Shown here piece after piece: positions 8,843-19,180 of a DNA stretch of 64,000 nucleotides. The stretch spans positions 1,856,001 to 1,920,000 of the forward strand of contig CBDCJH010000002.1 in assembly GCA_965217775.1 (NCBI GenBank). The letters are read 5' to 3'. The translations under genes were made by a program, and so were the position numbers. The notes under the pieces were generated by a model that was not told the origin of the DNA, made no database searches, and was given only the letters and a program-made list of their open reading frames with translations. Origin of the DNA: Acidobacteriota bacterium. GTDB lineage: Bacteria; Acidobacteriota; UBA6911; RPQK01; JAJDTT01. Position 1 is the stretch's first letter. Each line of letters opens with the position of its first letter.

Positions 8843-11263
8843 TCAAAAGAATCTCATCATATAGGTAAATCGAACGCCTCGGCCGATCTCCGGGGCAAGG
8901 TCCTTGACGAAAGACGAGTGATTGCGGTAAAGCCGGTCACCGGCGTTGAAGACATTCACCGAAAACTGGTGAGCCAAGTGCTGCTGTGCATATATGTAGG
9001 ACGCTTTGAGGTTGACGACGGCATAGCCCGGAGTGCGTGTCTCGCCCGTAAACGTTTGGTTCTGCTGGCTCGCCAGAATCAACTGTGGAGTGAATTGGAA
9101 GCCAGCGAATCTGTAGTCGAGGCCGATCCTACCTCTCAGCGGCGGGATGCGCGGTAGAGGAGTATGGGTGTCCGTTTCTTGGGCATCGACGAAGTCGATA
9201 CCGAGATTCAGCCACAGGTCGCGGTGCAGGACAAAGTTTGCATTCGCCTCCGCGCCCACGAAGCGCGCCTCAAGCTGGGTGAATTCGATCACCAGCAGTT
9301 CATCCTCTTCCTCACCGGTTGCAAAGGGAAAGATGAAGTTGCTGAAGCCGTAGTAGAAGAAGTTGATGTCGCCGCGCACGGGGCCTTCGTTGTGGCGCAG
9401 CGACAGGTCGAAGCCGTTGCTCCTTTCGGCGTCGAGGTTCGGGTTGCCGATCTCGAAGGCCAGGTTTCCCGTGTGAGGTCCGAAATTGTAGAGCTCTTCA
9501 AGCGTCGGCGCGCGGTAGCTAAGTGTGTAGTTTGCCACGAAGGCTCCACCGGGCCAGAGGCTGGCATGCAGTCCCGCCGCGGCCGAACCGCCGGTAAACG
9601 TGCGTTTGACGGCGTCGGACACTTCTTCCTCTTCGCCATGCTCTTCCCCCTCTTCCTCATGCTCGTCCTCATGGCCGGCCTCGCCTCGCTCGGCGAATGC
9701 CGGGTTGTAACGCTGCATCTCGGCACGCCCGCCGAACTGGAATTTCACGCGCTCGAATTCCAGTTCTTCCAAAGCGAAGAGCGCGAATCCGTTCTGATCC
9801 ACGGGCGGGGAGAGTGCCTCTTCGCCTGTTGCGTCATACTCGCGGTCAATGCCCCAGAAGCCAAAACGGCCGCTCAGCGGCCCTTTCCTGGCTTGCTCGA
9901 ATACGCCGCGATAGATGAACTGGTTATTGTTGAAGGCTGTTCCGATCTCCTGCTCCCCGTTCTCAAAGAACTCAACTTCGTCGTGTTCCCAATCAACGTA
10001 GCTCAACTTCAAATCAAAGTTCTCGATTGTCGAGCCGAGGTCGTTTAGGCCCCAGTTGATGCGATAGCTCTGACGGCGCGAATCGAGCGAGACCCGTTCG
10101 AGCTCCTCCTCGTCGTCATGTCCCTCTTCTTCTCCGTGATCCTCGTCTTCTTCTTCCTCGTCGTGGTCCTCGCCTTCTTCTTCGTCGTGATTTCCTTCTT
10201 CTTCCTCGCCGTGATGACCATGGAGTTCCTGGGCGAATGGCACTCCGTTGCTGCCGTCGTCCACTTTGACATCGAAGCTGAAGAAGGTTCTATTGCCGAA
10301 CCAGCCGAAGCCCCCACCGCCATTGAAGTTGTTTGCCTCTGAGTTGAAAATCTTGCCCTGTTTCGAGGCGGTGTAATCGCCCGTGCGAATGCCTGCGGTC
10401 GAACCCCATATCATCCAGTTTCCGGCTCCATACTCGAAACCGGTACTGCCACCGGCCAGCGCGTTTGCCGTACCCGCTGATCCGGAAATGTAACCGCGCA
10501 GCCCTTCGTGCGGGTGACGATGCACCTCATGATGTCGGCTGATTGCGTTGACTGTGCCGCCGATGGCGTTACCCGAGTAAAGCAACGTCGCCGGACCCCT
10601 GACGATTTCGAGCCGCTCCAGTTGTGCCGAATTGACCACCTCGCCATGGTCGCCCGACTGCGATGCCAGCGTTCCCGTGCGAATACCGTCCTCCATGATT
10701 AACACCCGGTCGCCGTCGAACCCACGAATGATCGGCCGCGACGATCCAGGACCGAAGCTGCGTTTCGAGATCCCCGTGCCCACCTGTTGGTCAAGCACCT
10801 CGCCAATCGAAACATTGTGCAAGCCGCCCAATTCGTAGGCGTGGAGGGAATGCACATTACTGAACGCTTCGAAGGGGACCTCCTCTTTCCCGCCTCCCGT
10901 GACGGTGATCTCATATCTTTGAGCTCTCAAGCCGAGCGTGAAGTTGGCTGTCGTCGTCTCTCCGGCCACAACGTCGACGGCTTGGGTCTCATCGGTGAAG
11001 ACGCTGTCCAGGTGTGCGATGACCTGATAGCGGCCTGGAGGAACGTTCTTGAATTCATACGATCCGTCAGCGCCGCTCAGCATGCTGCGGCCGAGTTCGA
11101 TGACCTGAACGTGGGCCCCATGCAGCGGGCTGTTGATCTCTTCCATAAACACTGATCCGTCGATCTGTCCCGATTCCTGGGCTTCAAGGCAAACGGATCC
11201 CCATAGGGGAAATGTGAAAACGGCAATCAATCTGCGCAAACGGCTTGCGAATCTTTTAAACAT
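8843..11263 (-). CDS. TonB-dependent receptor, ZnuD-like (His/Glu-rich loops; probable Zn/Ni/Co uptake)
   Basis: Carboxypeptidase-regulatory-like N-domain; plug SFGPGSSRPIIRGFDGDRV..SGDH; RGPATLLY; RAPTLEELY; C-terminal Phe; AGGAG RBS before the ATG at 11263. Confidence 0.9.
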   Translation of the reverse strand: MFKRFASRLRRLIAVFTFPLWGSVCLEAQESGQIDGSVFMEEINSPLHGAHVQVIELGRSMLSGADGSYEFKNVPPGRYQVIAHLDSVFTDETQAVDVVAGETTTANFTLGLRAQRYEITVTGGGKEEVPFEAFSNVHSLHAYELGGLHNVSIGEVLDQQVGTGISKRSFGPGSSRPIIRGFDGDRVLIMEDGIRTGTLASQSGDHGEVVNSAQLERLEIVRGPATLLYSGNAIGGTVNAISRHHEVHRHPHEGLRGYISGSAGTANALAGGSTGFEYGAGNWMIWGSTAGIRTGDYTASKQGKIFNSEANNFNGGGGFGWFGNRTFFSFDVKVDDGSNGVPFAQELHGHHGEEEEGNHDEEEGEDHDEEEEDEDHGEEEGHDDEEELERVSLDSRRQSYRINWGLNDLGSTIENFDLKLSYVDWEHDEVEFFENGEQEIGTAFNNNQFIYRGVFEQARKGPLSGRFGFWGIDREYDATGEEALSPPVDQNGFALFALEELEFERVKFQFGGRAEMQRYNPAFAERGEAGHEDEHEEEGEEHGEEEEVSDAVKRTFTGGSAAAGLHASLWPGGAFVANYTLSYRAPTLEELYNFGPHTGNLAFEIGNPNLDAERSNGFDLSLRHNEGPVRGDINFFYYGFSNFIFPFATGEEEDELLVIEFTQLEARFVGAEANANFVLHRDLWLNLGIDFVDAQETDTHTPLPRIPPLRGRIGLDYRFAGFQFTPQLILASQQNQTFTGETRTPGYAVVNLKASYIYAQQHLAHQFSVNVFNAGDRLYRNHSSFVKDLAPEIGRGVRFTYMMRFF

Positions 11264-11427
11264 CCGGAGTCTCCTCTCGAGAGTGAAAAGGGGTGGAAGC
11301 AAGAAGAAAGAACGAGTTCTGAAACGATTGAAGCCGGTCTCAAAATAGACGGGATGACGCAACGGCAGAGGATTGGAGGCTGCTTCAGAGGCCAAAGCCC
11401 CGATTTTCAAGGCCGTTGCGGCACGAC

Positions 11428-11443
11428 TGCAAGCCGTGCGCCG
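11428..11443 (-). promoter_or_regulatory. Possible sigma-54 -24/-12 element upstream of the TonB receptor
   Basis: CGGCGCACGGCTTGCA has GG-N10-GC spacing but is an imperfect consensus match. Confidence 0.25.
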
Positions 11444-11477
11444 ACTGCTGACAAAAAAGGGTTTTTTGAGACCGGTT

Positions 11478-11834
11478 CTAGCTCAGAGGAGGGCCGCGAA
11501 GCGGGGGTATTCCGACCTTGAACAGTCTGACGTTTTCGGTGGCGGATGGTGGGGTTCTGAAGACAGGGGATTTTCCGAAGACCAGAATCGGTTTCAGAGC
11601 GGGACTGAATTGCTGAGCGTGAAGGCAGTTATGATTACCGTGGTGGCCATCTTCAGCGCATACCAAACCTCTATCGACATCTGAGGCGGAGTGAGTATGG
11701 CTGTCGGCGGGCCAGAATTCTTCGATAGGATGGGCAATCTCCAGAGACCCGCCAAACGCAAAAGCCAGTAGCGGCAACAGGAGCAATGTGACGGTTGATT
11801 TCCTGAGAAATCCCGAACCCACCATAAGGACCAC
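11478..11834 (-). CDS. DUF2946/CruR-like His/Cys-rich leader protein ending in RGPP
   Basis: N-terminal hydrophobic helix, HTHS and C...HHGNHNCLH, C-terminal PPLRGPPLS; lies directly upstream of a TonB receptor. Confidence 0.65.
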   Translation of the reverse strand: MVLMVGSGFLRKSTVTLLLLPLLAFAFGGSLEIAHPIEEFWPADSHTHSASDVDRGLVCAEDGHHGNHNCLHAQQFSPALKPILVFGKSPVFRTPPSATENVRLFKVGIPPLRGPPLS

Positions 11835-11860
11835 TATAGCGCAAATTCGAGTGGGGCGAA

Positions 11861-12814
11861 ATCGACTCCATGACCGGGGACGTCCGGCTGGAGCTTCAAA
11901 CCCCCACCTCCGGCGGCAGAGTGCTCCATTTCGACAAGCCTTGGGAGGGCACGACCTGCTTCTACGTCTCGGTGATTCACGGCGACGGCCTCTACCGCAT
12001 GTACTACCGGGGCCACAGTCTCCCGTCCTCCGCAGCCCCGTCCCTTCTGGAACCGGGCGAGACCATGGTCCCCGAACATCCCGAGATGACCTGCTACGCC
12101 GAGAGCCGGGACGGCCGGACCTGGACCAAGCCCGCGCTGGGTCTGGTGGAGTTCGACGGATCGAAACAGAACAACATCATCTGGGACTGCTTCGGCAACC
12201 ACAACTTCATGGTCTTCCTGGACACCAATCCCGAAACGCCACCCGAGGAACGGTACAAGGCATTGGCCTCGGGGCAACCCAACCACCCGTTGAAACGGAT
12301 GGTGGGGATGGTTTCGCCCGACGGGATCCACTGGAAACCCATCCGTGAGGAGGCCATCCTGACGCAGCCTCCCACGGACTGGGGAGGCGACGAGATCTTC
12401 TGGGACCAGTTCAGGAATGAGTATGTCGCTTATCTCCGGGTCTGGTTTCCACCTCGTCACGATGATTCAGGCGAGCGCCGGATGCCCAACATCCGGGCCA
12501 TCGCCCGGGCCACCTCACCCGATTTCCTGAACTGGAGCAAGCTGGAGGACATCGAGTTGGGGGAGGGTCCCCGGGACCAGTTCTACACCAACGGCATTAC
12601 GCCGTACTACCGGGCGCCCCACATCTTCCTGGGCTTCCCCAAGCGTTTCGTTCCCTGGCGGACCAAGATTGCCGATGCGCCCGAGAACGGGGTCTCCGAA
12701 ACGGTGTTCATGACCAGCCGCGACGGTCTGAACTGGGACCGCAGATTCCCCCAAGCCTTCATTCGGCCCGGCCGCGAGAAGAGAAAATGGTACAACCGCA
12801 CCAACATGACCTCT
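11861..12814 (+). pseudogene. Near-identical internal duplicate of 4191-5144 (hydrolase gene), truncated at both ends
   Basis: Direct match with roughly a dozen scattered substitutions; lacks the signal peptide and the C-terminal domain. Confidence 0.9.
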
Positions 12815-13079
12815 AATCGAACTTACGATTAAGAAGTCGGGCGCGGATTTGCTCGAAAAGAGCTCGAAGATCGATTAGATCCTGCTCGTCGCGACGGCTG
12901 GCTAGTGCCGAGTACGTCGGGTCAAGGAGGATTTCGTTGACGGATTCAGAGGCGAGTCGCCGTCCCTCCAAGTAGAGGAACCGGGAATTCGTTGACGGAG
13001 AGCGGTTCTGACCTTCCCCGTCCGATCTCAGGGAAAGTCGTAACCTTTCGATCATTACATCAGTTTCCTTTTCCTTCAT
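12813..13079 (-). CDS. Hypothetical protein
   Basis: 88-aa ORF with a strong AGGAGGA RBS. Confidence 0.5.
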   Translation of the reverse strand: MKEKETDVMIERLRLSLRSDGEGQNRSPSTNSRFLYLEGRRLASESVNEILLDPTYSALASRRDEQDLIDLRALFEQIRARLLNRKFD

Positions 13080-13224
13080 ATGTCCTCCTGTAGCACACCA
13101 TGGTGTCTAGGTAACACCGATCGCGCGAGGCCGGCTGGATTCGGACCCGCATCCCCTGGGGCGGAACTCAGGAGTTCTGGCGTTGATTTTGCGGGCCTGT
13201 TGATTCGGTAGAGAGGGGGCAACA

Positions 13225-13971
13225 TCATTCCTCGTCGATGTTTTCTCGTTTCTCAATGAATGGCGACACAGCTGTGATCAGTTCCAGCACTTCTTTAATG
13301 GATTGCCTGGTTACCCGTTCCCGAATCCTTAATTCAAACACGACACCTCCACTGGAATCCGGTGCCAATCGCATTACCGGTTTCTCGGACGCGGCAGTAG
13401 GTATGAAGGGGCCGGCGTAAGGGAGTGTGTCCACGCCAGAGATGAGGCCCACATAGACCAGATTCTGGAGAAAAACGCTGACCAGCTTTCCCGCTCCCTT
13501 CTCGCTGTAACGAGGCTCTGCCTCGGTCGTCAGGTGGCGAAAAATTACGTTCCCGACTCTCCGAAAATCTGCTTCGGAGACGCAACGTCCCAGTCGTTTT
13601 CGATAGCGGTTCCAGATTTCCCGAAAAACGGCGGGCTTCAGCGCGGCATTTCCAGCTGCGACAATGGAGCTGTCGCTTGAGCCGTGTCGATCATACCTTA
13701 AGAATTTTGTCCCATGCATCGGCACACACCAGTAATTGCTGGTGCCAGGCATGTCGAAAGGAGAGAGTAGCCCGTAGGCATGAAGGGCTGCCACACGGCT
13801 CCGGGCACTATAGCTCGACGAGGACATCTTCCAAATGCTGTAGATTCCGTCGGCTGAGATTGGAGATGATCCGTGATTCTCGTAAAGGTCCCGGAAAGGC
13901 GTTTTCAGCGCCTCCAACGGATGCCTTGGAAACGAAGGACTGCGCATTGGGGAGTCGTGTTTCTTTTCCAC
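13225..13971 (-). CDS. Hypothetical protein (lower GC; possibly wHTH-containing)
   Basis: 248-aa ORF; segment SSSSYSARSRVAALHAYGLL followed by AALKPAVFREIW. Confidence 0.55.
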   Translation of the reverse strand: MEKKHDSPMRSPSFPRHPLEALKTPFRDLYENHGSSPISADGIYSIWKMSSSSYSARSRVAALHAYGLLSPFDMPGTSNYWCVPMHGTKFLRYDRHGSSDSSIVAAGNAALKPAVFREIWNRYRKRLGRCVSEADFRRVGNVIFRHLTTEAEPRYSEKGAGKLVSVFLQNLVYVGLISGVDTLPYAGPFIPTAASEKPVMRLAPDSSGGVVFELRIRERVTRQSIKEVLELITAVSPFIEKRENIDEE

Positions 13972-14346
13972 ACTGCGAATCTACGGCAAGCAGAGGTCGG
14001 CAGTCAAGAGGGAGAACAGAAGAACCGTAAGAAATGCCGTGACGGTTTTTACTTTGAGAGCGTCGTCTAGACAGGGTTACTGGCGTTTTTTGGAGGCAGT
14101 AGTGAGTTTACCTTGTAAAAAACGGGGTAAGGGAGAGGCAGCCGGCAGAGAATGTAACTGTCCCCCCTTCTCCCGTGCCCCATTGGAAGCATTACCACGC
14201 CGGGACCAGCCCGGCTGCAATCGCGTCAATCTCTTTCGTCTGCCTCCCCCAATTCAGGCACGCCAATAAGATCCATTTTGAGCCGAAGACCCTCGATGGA
14301 TAGGCTCGCTGCCCGTTTTCGGCAACGGAATAAAGGGAGGATCGGG

Positions 14347-14907
14347 ATGATGACATCAAGTCTGCTCGCGATTCTGGTGTTCACGACACCTGCATTGATC
14401 GCCGGAAGTCACCACCATTCGGCCCGGCCGCGAGAAGAGGAACTGGTGCAACCGCACCAACATGACGGCCACCGGAGTGGTCTCCACTGGCGATGACGAG
14501 ATATCCCTCTACGTGCTCCGCCACTACAAGTTCCCCAGCATTCACGTGGAGCGGATGGTCCTGAGGACCGACGGGTTCGTCTCCCTCAACGCCAGCTACG
14601 GCGGCGGGGAAGTCGTCACCAAGCCCCTGACCTTCGAGGGGAGCAATCTGGTGCTCAACCTCGCCACCTCCGCGGCGGGAAGCATCCACATCGAGAGCCA
14701 GGACGAGGCGGGGCGGCCGCTTCCCGGATTCGCTCTGGAGGAGTCGCCACTGGTCTGGGGGGACGAGATCGAGGACACCGTCAGGTGGAAGCGTTCCCAC
14801 TCCGGCGCCACCTCAAAGGCGCCCTTGAAGCGGATCGCGGGCAAACCGGTCCGGCTGCGTCCGGTGATGAAGGACGCCGACCTCTTTTCGCTATGATTTC
14901 GTTGATC
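14347..14907 (+). pseudogene. Internally deleted paralogue of the 4068-5579 hydrolase
   Basis: N-terminus (LLAILVFTTPALIAGSHH) joined straight to sequence matching ~5090-5579; frameshifts and a premature stop. Confidence 0.85.
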
Positions 14908-15313
14908 TGGATGCTCTTGACGTCGGCGTCAAGCCGAAGTCCTCTCCGCTCGTCCTGCGAACCGCGGAGAACGGAACTGTCCCTTTCTCTAGATTCGTAC
15001 CTCTTGCGTGGAAGTTCCGATACCAGCGGGAACGCCCGGCCTGCCGGGGGTGGCGCCGATCTCAGGTTGGAATCTCCGTTCGCCAATCAGAGGAAAGCTC
15101 CCCCACCGGCGCAGTCCGGCGGACGCGTAGGAGAAACAGGCATCGAGTTCATCCGGCCCGGCGTCCTCGACGAGACCATCTCCCCTGCCCAGCCCGCTGG
15201 GCGGAAACGACCCGCCTGTCTTCACTCTTTCCTATTTCCTCTGTTTCTTCGAAGGATCCCTCTATTACGGCCGAGCAGTTTTCCGATCTTTACAGCCCGG
15301 ACCGAGTCCATGC

Positions 15314-16678
15314 TCACCAGATACCCCATATGTGCGACGCCTGTTTGGGAAATAACGCGTTAAGCAAACCGCGCGTCTCCGGGGACCCGATATCGCAGTC
15401 GGGAAAGGCGTACTCGAGCTCATCCGCGCCACGGAACCCGAAGAGCAGTTGCAAGAAAATCAGCCCGGGGAAGAATGCGTCACACGTCCCGGAACTCAGC
15501 CAGTTACCACCCTTTCGCGGCCTGGCTAATCTCTCAACCTTTGCCACACGTCCGTTGTCGAATAAAAGGTTCACTCCGTAATCGACGAAGCCTATCGTAA
15601 GCCTGCCCCCGTAACCCGCCACCGCCGAATCTGCCACCCGCCGTTCCAAGACTGGTCTGACATGCCGCAGGAAGCCGGCAATGTCGGGCACCCGGACATA
15701 CCATCCGCGAATCCTCTTCCATCGCGGCGACCTGTCGTTCATGACCGGATACGCCGGGTGTTCCGTACCCAGTTCGAACGCCACGTTGCGAAACGAGGGT
15801 TGCATCTGTCGCGCAGCGTACGCCTCGCCCATCCTCCGGAGATGCCTCACGACGCTGGGAGTGACCTCATGCCAGGAGGCGCCGTCCTTCAGCTCGTAGA
15901 GAAGAACGCAGGGTTCACCATCCCAGAGACCCCGGACGTGCACAATGAGTCCCACCGGCTCACCAGTCGCGGCCTCCACGATGCACATCTCCAGCTCTGA
16001 ATAGGTGTTCTTGCTCCGCCCGTTCAGCTCGTACCGCCACAGCTTCCCGTCGCGGACGCAAAAGACCAGGTAGCGCCCCATTGCCTCCTCGTACAGGCGA
16101 GCTATGAATGGCAGGTCTCCGGCGGTCGCGGGTCGTACCGTGTAAGGCTCCCGGACAGCATCGTCAAGTGCGGGCCAATTGGAGACGGGGCACGAATACC
16201 CCATTCCAAACTCCAGCGCCATCTCGTAGCCGAACTGGCGATAGAACCAAGGTATGCCGCTGATGACCTGCATCTTCTCGCCGCGCCTCGCACTCATCTC
16301 GTGGACGGCGTCCATCTGAGCCCGCACCAGCCCGCGTCTTCGATAGTCGGGATGCGTGGACACAAGCTCGATACGACCTGCGCTTATTTCAATGCCGCCA
16401 TAGGACCAAGTTTGTGGGATCAGGTTCAGCATCGACACGATGGCCCCGGTACCCATGTCTTCCACCAGGGTGAAGTCACAAGGCTGGAATCTTGGGAGGG
16501 CTCCGCTCATGAGGTCCCTGGTCCAGATTCTGAATGACTCGGCAAACATGTGGGGAAGGTGGACCTTAGCCTGAAACTCCGCAGCAGCCTCAGTATCCTC
16601 CGCGGTGGCCTGTCTCAGGATCAGCCCATCGCCCAAGTCCCCCGGGAGGAACCCGGGCCCCGCGGCATCCGGAGTCAT
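15314..16678 (-). CDS. GNAT acetyltransferase, Eis-like
   Basis: VSTHPDYRRRGLVRA acetyl-CoA motif; GIPWFYRQFGYE; tandem GNAT plus SCP2-like C-terminus. Confidence 0.8.
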   Translation of the reverse strand: MTPDAAGPGFLPGDLGDGLILRQATAEDTEAAAEFQAKVHLPHMFAESFRIWTRDLMSGALPRFQPCDFTLVEDMGTGAIVSMLNLIPQTWSYGGIEISAGRIELVSTHPDYRRRGLVRAQMDAVHEMSARRGEKMQVISGIPWFYRQFGYEMALEFGMGYSCPVSNWPALDDAVREPYTVRPATAGDLPFIARLYEEAMGRYLVFCVRDGKLWRYELNGRSKNTYSELEMCIVEAATGEPVGLIVHVRGLWDGEPCVLLYELKDGASWHEVTPSVVRHLRRMGEAYAARQMQPSFRNVAFELGTEHPAYPVMNDRSPRWKRIRGWYVRVPDIAGFLRHVRPVLERRVADSAVAGYGGRLTIGFVDYGVNLLFDNGRVAKVERLARPRKGGNWLSSGTCDAFFPGLIFLQLLFGFRGADELEYAFPDCDIGSPETRGLLNALFPKQASHIWGIW

Positions 16679-16964
16679 CCCGTTGTCCCTGCGAGAACAC
16701 GTGTTGCGTACATGCCGCTCCTGACCCTCAGTACCCAGACCAAGCTGCCTTGATCCAAGCCCTGCGCTGCTCGATGTTGTTCTTGGTGAGTTCACCGTCT
16801 TTGGTGGTGTATTCGGACTTTGGTGTTGTATTCGAGGACTACGAAAACACCTTGACCACGATAGCACCTTTCATCACAAGTTTAGGACTTCCACCGGACC
16901 TACATCCGGGGCGCACCAAGCCCAAATTTGCCCCCTGAGCGTGCCTTTTTCCTCGGGATCGGGT

Positions 16965-17287
16965 GGAAGTTGACTACGTGGACTATCATTGACGGAGAAG
17001 ATCGATCATGGCCATGCACAACCCACCGCATCCGGGCGGCATCGTATAGCGGCAGTTCCTCGAACCCCTGGGTTTGACCGTGACCCGAGCCGCCGCGGGT
17101 TTGGGCGTCACTCGGCAGGCGCTTTCGGAGCTGGTGAACGGGGATCTCGGTAGAGATGGCAATACGGCTGTCGAAGGCCTTCAGCTCGACGCCCGAGACC
17201 TGGCTGGGGATGCAGATGGCCTACGATCTCTGGCAGGTGCGCGGCGGCGCCGAGGAGATCGCGGTGGAGCGCTTTGTGGCGCCGTAA
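16965..17287 (+). pseudogene. higA: higB 3' remnant + higA antitoxin pseudogene
   Basis: EVDYVDYH* then [44 protein letters not shown] / ISVEMAIRLSKAF..TPETWLGMQMAYDL; in-frame stop and frameshift. Confidence 0.85.
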
Positions 17288-18119
17288 CCGAGCCACTCGC
17301 TCTTGGGAGCATCACCGTCTCCTCAACGCTGGCGGCCATCGTGGCCGTCTCGATTCATCAGATTCTCCCTCCAAGGTCTTAATTCCCCCGCCTCCTTCGT
17401 CCGTCTCACGAACCACGAACCGAGAGAAGGTAACTGTCCCCTTCTCTTCCGGCTCCATTGGAAAGTCAACCTGTCGGCGGGTGACGGTCCCCCTGGCCGA
17501 TAAACGGTTTATGACTGGTTCAATCGTCCTGTTTTTGAGCCGATTCAGTCGAATCGACAGAGGTTCAAGAGAATCCGGACTCCGACCGCACGAAACCGCC
17601 GGTTTGGAAGCCCTTATCAACATGTCCCATGAATAATCTGGGATACAATAGGTTGGGAGTGTGAATCAGGCTCTCCGACCCCATGCCCTCTGCCATCACC
17701 CTTGTGATACCAGCCCTCAGCAGATTGAGTTGACCCCTCTCCTCCAGGCCGCATATAATTAGTTTTGTTTATCTTTAAACGTCGCCAGTCGTGAGTGCCG
17801 AGCACGTAGGGCTGGCGACCCTCAAGGTGCTACTAGCGTGCCCCAGGAAAGTGCCAAGCCGTATCCCGAAGATCCAATGCGGCCCCGGTTCAAAGACGTG
17901 GATCAGTGCTTCGGCCCTCGTGGATGCGAGGCCCCAGGTGAATTGTGGACCTGGACTTGACCGCGTTCGCTTGAGTTCCCTTCGGGGTTGAGCTCGCCAC
18001 ACGTCGTCGATTCAGTACAATCATTCGGTAAAGGGATGCTCGGGCAACCGGCGTGCCAGGGTATCCCTATGCCTACTTAAACCCTGCGGATCACCCCGTT
18101 TAGAGCTTAAGTACCCCCT

Positions 18120-18842
18120 ATGGAAGAATTCATCCTTGTAATAGCCGTAGTTTGGATTCTGATCTGGTTTTTGGGCGTCTATGGAGACAGACACCCTCTT
18201 GAACCCAAGGAAGTACATCGACTGGCAAAAGTCAGGCAGCGAAACGTTGGTCTCTCGAAATATCAATTCTCGCGACAACAGCGACGAGTCAACGCAAAGC
18301 AGAAGAAGGCGATGAGAGCCGGAGGGGAATTCGTCCAATGTGACCTGGATTACAAAACGGCGCCTGCTTGGGTCGCTGCGATGCTTAAATACAAGAAGCA
18401 TGAGTGGGTAGTGATCGGGTTCATCTGCTCCTTCCGAGTCAAGGCGCTCTGGTGGAACAAAGGCCCGAACAGAAACAAGGTTCGTCCCTTCTTGTCCGGT
18501 TATGCTTTGGATTCTGCAATCGACTCACTGAATCCGGATGCGATTGCTATTCTTCACAATCACCCGAATCCGAATCCTGGCATGTACGTGATGAATCGAC
18601 CCAGCCAACAAGACCTGCGATCGGCCGAATACTTTAAGAATCAAGTCGTGTCGAAAAATAATGTCAGTCTTCTAGAGTTCGTTTGTGAGCGTGGCGTCCC
18701 CCATCTATATTTCGCTGCGTTTCCAGACCGGGAAATTCCCATCCAACCCATCACAGAGCAGATTCAAGCCGTCAATGGCACGAGTATGCTTGCCAACAGT
18801 AGATTACGCCGGGAGCTACGCGGATCAGAAAAGTCTTTGTAG
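18120..18842 (+). CDS. Membrane-anchored JAB/MPN (RadC-like) domain protein
   Basis: N-terminal TM helix; upstream Glu (HEW) plus HNHP...PSQQD JAB metal motif; low GC. Confidence 0.65.
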   Translation: MEEFILVIAVVWILIWFLGVYGDRHPLEPKEVHRLAKVRQRNVGLSKYQFSRQQRRVNAKQKKAMRAGGEFVQCDLDYKTAPAWVAAMLKYKKHEWVVIGFICSFRVKALWWNKGPNRNKVRPFLSGYALDSAIDSLNPDAIAILHNHPNPNPGMYVMNRPSQQDLRSAEYFKNQVVSKNNVSLLEFVCERGVPHLYFAAFPDREIPIQPITEQIQAVNGTSMLANSRLRRELRGSEKSL

Positions 18843-18962
18843 ATGAGGCTTGAGGACCGCCCGCCAGCCCCAGGGTCCTGCGCCCACAAGCAATCCCCCG
18901 ATAAACGCGCATAACACGGCCCACAGTGGGCGCAGCCTGCAAAAAGGACCATAGAGCCCTAG

Positions 18963-19180
18963 CAGCCCGTGGCAAAAGTCGGGAGAAGTCACACTGCTGA
19001 CATAAAATGGTGCTCGGGTCGTATTCCAGAAAGTCTCGCACGCTCGCCGAATCCGACACCCGCCAGGCGATGGCCCGCTCCAAGTTCAGCCCCTCGAAGT
19101 ACCCCACCAGCAGCAGCCGAAAGTACCGTCCGGGCCGTAGACTCGGGCGACCCAACCGTTCGCATAAAAGCGCGCGTGAA
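18963..19180 (-). mobile_element. IS1182/IS5-like transposase remnant with intact right end
   Basis: GRPSLRPGRYFRLLLVGYFEGLNLERAIAWRVSDS (DUF772-like) fused to the terminus GACTTTTGCCACGGGCTG|CTAG, identical to the MITE end. Confidence 0.8.

Noticed and set aside
11861-12814. DGR template/variable repeat pair with 4191-5144
   Set aside because: The differences are not adenine-specific (C>T, G>C, G>T, T>G and others), the repeat is ~950 bp, and there is no RT gene in the window.
13120-13160. tRNA-like 3' half on the minus strand (GCGGGTCCGAATCCAGC)
   Set aside because: The T-loop is imperfect and I could not build an acceptor stem, D arm or CCA end; tRNAscan-SE/ARAGORN would settle it.
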